From NCBI RefSeq assembly GCF_006345805.1, contig NC_043003.1, positions 34,968,001-35,032,000 on the forward strand: 64,000 nucleotides of DNA. Reading direction: 5' to 3'. The stretch comes from Octopus sinensis. Taxonomy: Eukaryota. The notes under the pieces are model-generated. The model saw only the letters and a program-made list of their open reading frames with translations. It made no database searches and was not told the DNA's origin. This document shows positions 54,886 to 64,000 of the stretch, piece after piece (the first letter of the stretch is position 1; each line of letters starts with the position of its first letter). A program made the translations under genes and the position numbers.

Positions 54886-56849
54886 CCTCATAAATTCCAG
54901 GCCTTATGCTTATAGTAGAAATGATTATTATAGTCTTTCTCAAAGACACTAGCGTATGCAACATACTTATGCATAGGTGTGTGTACACATGCAAACACTC
55001 ATATATGCACAGACACACACACACATGCCCGCTTGCATGTATACATAAAGTACACACGCGTGTACAAATACAACCGCGTATACTCACATATTCACTCTAA
55101 CAATTTATATGCGCGTATGTATAATCACACATGCATACATTCATTTATTATCCGAAGAAAAATATACAGGCTTATATGAATACGAATGCAAACGTATATA
55201 CACACATACGCATACATTATGAAATGCACGAACGAACACAGCATGACACGACCATGAGCCAAAGTTGTGTGCCACGATCTTCGATCTGAAATGTTCTAAC
55301 GGGTTAGAATCGGCGTTCACATATTGTGTGACACTGTTTGGCCAAGCATGCGTGCCTAGTTCCATTGACTGCACTGGAAGCTGTGATTTTGTTTTATTTG
55401 TTTACCATTTGTTTTTACCATCCCAGTTCTCACCCACTTCGCCAGAACTAGACCCATCACTAGCATCACCACCCACATCAGATCAACACCATCAGCACGA
55501 GATGCACCACGTTTCATGCTCATTATGATCAGTAGCATCTCACTTGTTCTCTTTCGTCCGGCCATTGAATTGCAACTTACTTGGCAAGCAACTACATATT
55601 GCGCCAGATCTTACTTTCTCTTTTATTTTGATTCATTCTCTCTCTCTTTGTTTCTCTATGTACGTGCAGGAGACTCATTTCCTTTTTTTTTATCAACAAT
55701 GTCAACCACATTCCACAACCCACCACTTATCTCTCTCTCTCTTCTAGTTTCTCTTTTTTCTCTCTCTCTTCCACTTCCTCTTTTCTCTCTCTCTCTCTTA
55801 CTTTCTCTTTGTGCATCCACCTTTATATGTGTGTGTATGTGTGTATTTCTCATTTTCCCTTTCTATCAATACCATCAAACACATTCCACCACCCATGATC
55901 ATAGCACAGCAGTGCCACTACCGGCTTCATTCCAGCATTCCCAAACCCCGCGATTCCACCACCGCAGTCCAGCCCCCTCTCACTACCCAATCACAATTGC
56001 TACAGAATTATCATCGTAAGTGTTATATCATGTTACATGATGGTATCGTTGATACCGTCGATTTCAACTATTTCTAATGTCCCAAGCGACCCTTTGGTAA
56101 CTGAAATCAGATTGATGCAAAACCATTTGCAAGGAGAAACAAGTTCGTTTGCGTCCCGAGACAAGTAATTATTTTCACACTGATATAGGTGCTTGCACGA
56201 ATGGAGACATTTTGCTTTTAATTGTGTCCCAGTACTGCCTTTCCCTTTGTTGGCTACAAGTTCCGATTTGCCAGTAATACATTTACGTATTTATTCTGTT
56301 ATTTATTGGTTTATATAGTTATTTTTCGCTGTAATTTTCTATATACATTATCTTCGCTACGCATATTCAATATACATTCAATCTATGTTTCAGTTGTGTT
56401 ATACCTAATTACTTTTTTTTGTTGTTTGCTTTGTTTCTTGTGAAAGCTTTTATGGTATTGATAGGGCGATTGCCCTGACTATGTACTGTGTGAGTTGTTA
56501 CTAAGGTGAAAGTATCTTGTGTAGAATATCTACCGGATTTAGTATGGTGAACGTTTCGTTATCTTCGTGTGTCTTTTATTTATTTTCTTTATTTGTAGTT
56601 TTGTGTGAGCATGTGTGAATTGCTTTTACCTTTGTGGCTGAGTAGGAATAGATCTTGAGTGCTGAGATAACAGAATAACAAGTGGTCGCGTGGTTTCTAT
56701 ATAAATATGCAAGTTCTGAGCTGTAGCCCATTGTGTGGGGGGGGGGAAGAAAATAATGCTATTAGGCTGGAGTTGTAGATCATGATGTCCGTCTATTATG
56801 CGTACAGGAATATGAGCTAGAAGCAGATTTTCTACGGAGTGTAGTTGAA

Positions 56850-56937
56850 AAGAAGAAGAAGAAGAAGAAGAAGAAGAAGAAGAAGAAGAAGAAGAAGAAG
56901 AAGAAGAAGAAGAAGAAGAAGAAGAAGAAGAAGAAGA
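56850..56937. repeat. Pure (GAA)n microsatellite
   Basis: Uninterrupted GAA run of about 29 units. Confidence 0.97.
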
Positions 56938-57620
56938 GATTGAATGAAATGATGAATGAATGAAGGAATGAAAGTGATACGCAACAACGGAAGGGACAGT
57001 AGCACGAATATGAACAAGTCCTAAAAACTGCTATTTCTTGCACATAAAGGTCGCAGCTTCGATGGTAACCAAGAAAATAACTTATTCCTGAATACCATAC
57101 CAGGGTTCAATGACCAAGAGTCCTATACTTCCAGAGCCGTTCCATCCTATTGCAACGAACGGAAGCGAATGAAGAAGGAGGGTAATGAGTTTGGGTAATG
57201 TAGGAAAAATAGAATAAACAATACAAATAAATAAAGAAAAGAAAAACAAACGCTAGGATGGGCTGAAAACAAAAGTCATGGCTCTGAATTATTAAAGAAG
57301 AGCTGATAGAATGTCTAAACGGCCTGAAGAAGGATACGGGGGTGACGTACTTATTAAGTCAGTTTTGTGGTAATTAGACTGACGGTGAACAACTAAACAA
57401 ATAATCTATTGAGAAATCCACATGAGCTAATCTGAAGACGTAAAAGAATTCGACGTCCTATACCGAAATTGCTTACAACCTCTTTTAGAAGTCCTAGGTT
57501 GTGGTATCCGAAATGAAAGATGCTCGAGTTGAGAGAAAGGAATGCTAAACTATCCTAGGTGACTGCATTTTATGTGTACATAGGTTATCAAGAAAAGCTT
57601 TAAGATTATTTTTCTTGTAG

Positions 57621-57657
57621 AGTCCGGAGGAAGTTACATTGCCTATAACATTTGCAG
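57621..57657 (+). CDS. Candidate 37-nt exon (SPEEVTLPITFA + G, phase 0 to 1), unassigned
   Basis: Strong acceptor ATTATTTTTCTTGTAG and strong donor CAG|GTGAGT; two of three frames are open. Confidence 0.3.
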
Positions 57658-59146
57658 GTGAGTCTGATGCCGTTAATGCTTCCTGAAAACCCGCATGAAA
57701 GACATTAGTAGAGAAAACATTTTCGAGGTCAAATTTTCTGGAGAGAAAACTGGGAATAAAGGATAATATGGGGCCGTAGTGTGGACGGACGAGAAGTGAT
57801 AGGAGGTGGAAAGATGAGTATTTATTTATATATTTATTTATTTACTTGCTTCAGGGATGGAATATCCTAACCAACAATCTCGAGGAACAGAAGCCTGTAT
57901 TGTAGTGATAGAAAATTCGGAGGAAACAGCATGCATGTTAGGAAAAGCTTGATGGTGGTACAACGGTGATAGACCTCCTATCAGACAAGTGGTCCTTTTC
58001 TGGATGTAGTCCACGATGTAAATGTGAATGGCAGCAGCAGTTTTCCAGATATTGGAACAGTACTTCGCCTTTTCTTTCAACTTCGCAACAGCTTAATAGT
58101 CTTTGCGAAGTAGTCGTAACTATTATAAAGATGCGCTCTTGTCAATTTTATTTCTAATTATAATCATTTGTGTATCTTATCAAATTTTAAAGTATATTGT
58201 ATGACGGTCATGGCTCCACGCCTTTTTTTTCTATAAACATTTTTCGACATCCCCTCGCGTTTATAACATCCAATTTTTATATATAACATTTTTATATGAA
58301 TGTATAGTCTTGGTAAAAAATAATGTAAATATATTATTATTTTAAGAATAGTAGCAGGTAAGATGAATGGAGTGAGGGACACACTGTCTTATGCTATTTG
58401 CTTAATATACCTTTTTCAAAGCCTCTGAATTCAAATGCAGTTGAGATTAAGTTCGCTGTTTGTCCTTATTATGCCAATGTTAGAAATAATTATTTCTAAG
58501 ATTATTTAGCGATGTTATTGCTTGTTCTTTATTACACTTCTCATTAGAAAAAAAATTTTTGTAATAAAATTAGATATTTTTCGGTTCCCAACTTAATTGC
58601 GGGGTCAGCGTAACCTTATCACAGTTTTCTACCAACTCCATAACACATACCAAAGAAAAATCCCTACCTAACCCATTGCCAAAACAACTGATTAATGAAA
58701 GGAAGAAAAGTAAAAGAAAACAAGCACACAAAAAAACCCCAATTCACTCACACACAAACACACTCCCAGCCATATTCATGAATACAGATCTTCTAAGAAC
58801 TTGCAATTAAATCGCTGACTTGGAACATATGTCAATTGCATACATACATACATGAATACATACATGCATGCATACATACATGCATACATACAATCAGACA
58901 CACACAAACACACAGTCGCACGCAAATACACACGCACACAACTGAAAGAAGAAACCGATATGGGTACCAATACGCAGCTCCTCGATAAAATAGAGATAGC
59001 AACCAAGTTCTCTAATCATATCGCAGTGTCTTTAGTTAATTAATGTATCCTTAAATATTCGTAAAGAGAGAATGGTTCCCGTTGGAGGACACATTTTCAC
59101 ATACTTCTGCGCAATCCAGTGTGAGCTGGAGCTAAAAAAACAGGAA

Positions 59147-59153
59147 CATCATC

Positions 59154-59208
<55 letters not shown>

Positions 59209-59280
59209 GTATCATCATGATCGTCATCATCATGATCATCATCAACATCATGATCATCATGATCATCATCATCGTCGTCG

Positions 59281-59324
<44 letters not shown>

Positions 59325-59339
59325 GTCATCATCATCATT

Positions 59340-59370
<31 letters not shown>

Positions 59371-59510
59371 CAATCTTCATCATCATCATCGTCGTCGTCA
59401 TCACCACCATCGTCATCATCATCATCATTATCATTATCATCATGATCGTCATCATCATGATCATCATCAACATCATGATCATCATCATCATCATCGTCGT
59501 CATCATCATT

Positions 59511-59547
<37 letters not shown>
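59147..59547. repeat. About 400-bp compound (CAT)n tract with an internal duplicated unit
   Basis: CAT/CGT/CAC variants; the variant block ATCATCATGATCGTC...CAACATCATGATC occurs at 59211 and 59436. Confidence 0.95.
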
Positions 59548-60126
59548 GACATGACAATGACATTAGCAGCAACGAACGAAGCCTGAAAGTATTCTTTATG
59601 TTGCTCTCCACGCTTGCCTCTGTATCATTTATTGAGTCTTTGCTATCACTGTTAGCGATCTCCTTTGTCATTAACATAATAGTAAATATGTTCTTTGTCT
59701 TGTTCTAGTCTCAGCCTATTTATTTTTCTCAATATGGTGATAATCGGCGATATTTCCACGCCTGTGAACTAGGAGGTGGTCTTTATCTACGTATTGACAG
59801 TTCTCTCTATTGATATGTTTATTATATTATATTCGTTAAGGCAGTAGTGGTGGGATACATTGTTGTAGAAAGGAGTTGAGAAGATAAGGAAACGAAAAGC
59901 TATCCTGAGCAGGGAGAGAGACACAGCATTAGATAGAGAGACAGATATAAACACATAAATACTGAGATAGCGAGAGAGGAAAGAATTTGCGAGGAAAGGG
60001 GCAGTAAGTAAACACTGGCATAAGTATCATTTGAGGGCCATAAGTCTTTTAATATTTGCCGTGAGGATACCAGAGATAAACACCTACATAGAAACTGCTT
60101 GAGACTGGGCGGAGTACTAACGAAAA

Positions 60127-60198
60127 TTTCGAGCAGCAGCAACAACAACAGTAGCAGCAGCAGCAGTAGCAGTTGTAGTAGTAGTAGTAGTAGTAGTA

Positions 60199-60243
<45 letters not shown>
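60127..60243. repeat. Graded (CAG)/(CAA)/(TAG)n trinucleotide tract
   Basis: Direct reading. Confidence 0.9.
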
Positions 60244-60587
60244 ATATAGATGAATATTTGAGTGTCACATCCTGGGAAAGAGGAATTTCTAAAGTCCAGA
60301 ATATATAGAAATTTATATCAAAGATTAAAAGTAACGCTAAAATTTGACCATGAAGCAAATGAATAAATCAAACAATAAACAAATGAATGAAAGAAAAGGG
60401 ATTATGAAGAGTGATAAACAGACGATATCTATTAATTCTTACACATATAGAAACACGAACATAACCATATTGTTCCCCCACCCCACTCACTATCTCTGTC
60501 TCTATATAGACTCATATATATATATATCTTATAATCTACCTCTGTATCTCTTTCTATCCCTCTGTAGACACAAACACACACACACAA

Positions 60588-60625
<38 letters not shown>

Positions 60626-62149
60626 GTGTGTGTGAGTGTGTGTGTGTGTATGTATACATACATGCACACATATATAACCGACATAGATACATTCACAGAG
60701 AGAGAGAGAGGGTGGGAAAGAGTGCGTGAGAGAGACGGGAAGAAAGAGCAGGAGAGAAGGAACACCAGTAAACAAACAACCATATACATATCCATTTCTC
60801 TATACACGTATAAGTGTATGCATGTACAAATTCATTCCTATAACATGGTCACACATCTCAAGCTATACACAAAATCATAATCATAAATTGTACGCTCACT
60901 CACACATTCAAAGTTATATCCGTCCATATACATCCACACACTAATACACACACACACAAACACACACATAGAAATTCAGATAAACGCATAGACACATATT
61001 GACAAACTCCACATAAACTAGAGATTTGTATAAACAGGGAATACTGCGATGCTTATCACATAGAAAATGCAAAGATAACGGTAGGAGGATATAGCGAAAA
61101 CCCATTAAACTGTAGGGAAATCCAGAGAAATAGAAGACTTCCTTCACACTGCCATATTTTCATATGCAAGTCGCATACATATATTTCATACATTAGGGAA
61201 TTCGATGGAGAGAGACCAGATGAACGAATAACGTTCTGAGATGAAATTTTCTATCATCATACATACGCGCGTACGCTCACGCACACCCTCTCCACAACGT
61301 ATATATTTATTCATACATACATAACTGCCATTATGGAAAGAAAGCAGATAAGTATGAGTATATATTATCTTTTGGGAATTTCATACACAGGGAGTATGAT
61401 ATAACGTTAAGAATATTGAAAGGTTCAATAAACAAGAAATGCCTTTATGATTATAATACATACATGCAGACATACATATATAGGCGTGCATGTGTGTGTG
61501 TGCGTGTGTGTGTGTACACACGTCTGTGTACACATATATGTACATATATGTGTAAATGTGAGCGAGTGTGCATTTACGTGCATGAATGCGTGCTTGTTGA
61601 TCTTTGTCTATATATGACTGAGTATATATTTGTGAGTATGATATTGTTTAACCCCAGAGTAGATCTGATCAAGCACAACAATGATGAAAGGTGTTCAGTC
61701 GTTCTGTTTCCGGCAGAGTACCTTGGACTACATTATGTCAATGACTAGATTTAATTCGAGGGCAATTTGACCTCTGTTTCGAGCTATTTAGCACAAACAT
61801 ATAAGTAGCATGCAAACATAATTTGGGATTAAGCATGATGTCGCGTATTGCTTTAAAATAGTTTCCTTCATTAACATCCTTAATAATCGAGGGATTCCTA
61901 GTTAACATATTACGCTGATTTAGCGAAGAATGTAACGTAGCGGGTGAGACTAAAATACCAAGATATTTATTCTCTATGCCTCTTATATACAACATAAATA
62001 TTCATGCGTATACATGTACCAAATAGGGGAAGTCCCGTATAAGTTCTCGACCTACCAGAAATTCAGTCTTCACCCCCTCGATTGATTCTTTACTATCCTA
62101 GACAAAAAAAAAAAAAAACACGTCGGAGAATGAAGTCCCATATAAACAA

Positions 62150-62570
62150 AAACCATGTCTAGGATTCTTCCAATTATAGTTCTGCTCGGATTTGGTTGAC
62201 AACAACAGCTCTTCAGATGGAAATCCATTGTACCCACTTTCTCACAGCTACCGCATCCTTGTCATTATATCCTTGTTACAGAAGAAAGTTCTTCATTGGA
62301 CCGAACAGGAGGAAGTCGAGTACGTGGTTTGTTGGCAAAAATATGAATGGTTACTCATTTTCATGATGAATATGAATAATTTTCAGTCTCTTGTTCGGTC
62401 CTTTCACCAGATACAGCTCGCTGTTCACGGTGCAGATACATTCCAGATATTCAAGGAGAATGACGTTCTTGTCATCGTCAAAAATATTCCCCTTACTTCC
62501 TATGACGATCGCTGGATCTTGAATGTTTTAGGATTTGGAGAACGATAGTGAGCATTGTCTTCTGGAACTG
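62150..62570 (-). mobile_element. Decayed mariner transposase fragment (catalytic domain to C-terminus)
   Basis: A minus-strand frame gives NIFDDDKNVILLEYLECICTVNSELY and LDFLLFGPMKNFLL*QGYNDKDAVAVRKWV. These match mariner motifs TVFWD..GVILLDYL....TINSE.Y and APSDFHLFGPMK..L.G..F.D...V...V..W. Has stops and an internal deletion. Confidence 0.8.
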
Positions 62571-63438
62571 TTTTTTTTTTTTTCATTCAGAAAGCAATAA
62601 AAAAATTATTGTTTAGAATCAAATGGAAATATTATTTTACATTTCATATGTTAAACGGCCTGCTGCAAGTGAATTCATATTAATATAACAGACTATAATT
62701 TTTCACAATTAATATATAAGATGACATGCTCGATATGAAATGCTATAAAGATTTTTTTCTTATATATAATTCGTGGTTTACTCAAGCAATCCTAGCGAAA
62801 TGAGATCTCACCGCTGTTTCAAATTCTGACTAATGTCACTCCAATTCACATACGTCAGCATTGTCTTTGGTAAAGAAAAAAAGAAATAGAATGAAATATC
62901 GCAATATCTCATCTACTTTCATGTAAATATATAGGTCATTGTGCTTAGACACACGAAACTAATTTTACATAAAAGTAGTGAGCGCTACGGAAGAATCGTG
63001 AATTTGAATCGTTATTAATTCTCGGTAGGAGCTGGTTCAATATATTTCTGTTGATAATGTAAGTGAGAAATGCATGAGTGAACTGCCTTCCCTTAAATGG
63101 GAATTGCAGAAAATAAAAATGATTATTACTACTTACTGATGATGTTAACAACAGCTGATATACTATATAGTATACAAAATGAAACTAGGACAAACGTATG
63201 CGTGTGTATAAGTGTGGGATACCACGTAAATATAGAGGTGTGTATAAGTTTATTTATATGTGTACACATCTTACGTGCGTATGTATGTATGCGTGCGCAT
63301 GTGCGTCTGTGAAAATGGCGATGGTAATTAAGGCTCCAACACTAATGAAATTACAAAGAAAGTATTTGCAGGAATCAGGAAAGTGTATGCTGCAGGAATC
63401 AAGAAGAATGTATAGAGGTGGGGAATTTTTTCTTTCAG

Positions 63439-63566
63439 ATAAAATCGCTGTGCTAAAAATTAATGAGACGCTGGGCCTGGCAGCAGCAACAACAACGGCA
63501 GATTTATCAACATCATCACAAACAGAAGCTGAGTCAGTAGACAATCTAACGCTAACAGCAAACTAA
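63439..63566 (+). CDS. Candidate terminal exon (D)KIAVLKINETLGLAAATTTADLSTSSQTEAESVDNLTLTAN*, unassigned
   Basis: Strong acceptor TTTTTTCTTTCAG|AT and an open, non-repetitive frame to TAA. Phase-1 compatible with the donor at 57658. Confidence 0.3.
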
Positions 63567-63722
63567 GAATTATTGTTATTATTCTTGTGATCACTTTCGA
63601 TTCCGTCTTGAAGCTATTTAAATTCTCTTAGACCACTGGTACACTCGGGAAAACTATGAGACAAAATCTTATTTCCTTTCATCATCATCATTATCATCAT
63701 CATCATCATCTTCTTTTTTTTT

Positions 63723-63729
63723 TTCTTCT

Positions 63730-63761
<32 letters not shown>

Positions 63762-63828
63762 TTCTTCTTCTTCTTCTTCTTCTTCTTCTTCTTCTTCTTC
63801 TTCTTCTTCTTCTTCTTCTTCTTCTTCT
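63723..63828. repeat. (TTC)n microsatellite
   Basis: Near-pure TTC run; it explains the poly-L ORF. Confidence 0.95.
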
Positions 63829-63864
63829 ATTAAGTTTTATTGTTACTATTAACATCAATGTATA

Positions 63865-64000
63865 GGCGGCAGGCTGGTAGAATCGTTAACCATCCGGATG
63901 AAATTCGAATCGGAATTTCCCCCATCTTTACATTCCGAGGTCAAACTCCGCAGAGGCCGAATGTCTTTCATCCATTCTGGGTCGTTGGAATAAATCCTTC
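63865..64000 (+). mobile_element. Degenerate SINE (second family), 5' part, truncated by the window end
   Basis: GGCGGCAGGCTGGTAGAATCGTTAAC..CCGGATGAAAT...TTCCGAGGTCAAACTCCGCAGAGG...TTTCATCCATTCTGGGTCG, colinear with the reverse of 22204-22328. Confidence 0.7.

Noticed and set aside
55265-56019. Cys-rich and long open frames around 55.3-56.0 kb
   Set aside because: The frames run into CT-rich low-complexity sequence, the Cys spacing matches no domain I recognise, and the start is non-ATG.

Overview
AT-rich eukaryotic genomic DNA that is extremely dense in microsatellites ((TA)n, (CA)n, (CTAT)n, (TATG)n, (GAA)n, (CAT)n). The repeat families and satellite density resemble an Octopus (cephalopod) genome; this is an inference from recognised repeats, not a search. 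I cannot support any complete protein-coding gene, and almost every ORF in the supplied track is a translation of a simple repeat. Supported features are: several tRNA-derived SINE copies (at least three families); decayed fragments of an RTE-type LINE (46.3-47.2 kb), a Tx1/L1-type LINE (44.2-44.9 kb) and a mariner transposase (62.2-62.6 kb); two local tandem duplications; and a 100-N scaffold gap (34470-34569). The main finding is a set of short elements, mostly embedded in (TA)n, from three families. They carry degenerate minimal type I hammerhead-ribozyme skeletons of the kind known from Penelope-like elements, and one family carries two such motifs back to back in opposite orientations. 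Also notable are a perfect 97-bp-arm foldback inside a SINE, a minus-strand AG|GTAAGT recursive-splice-like site, and a few low-confidence splice-flanked exon candidates.
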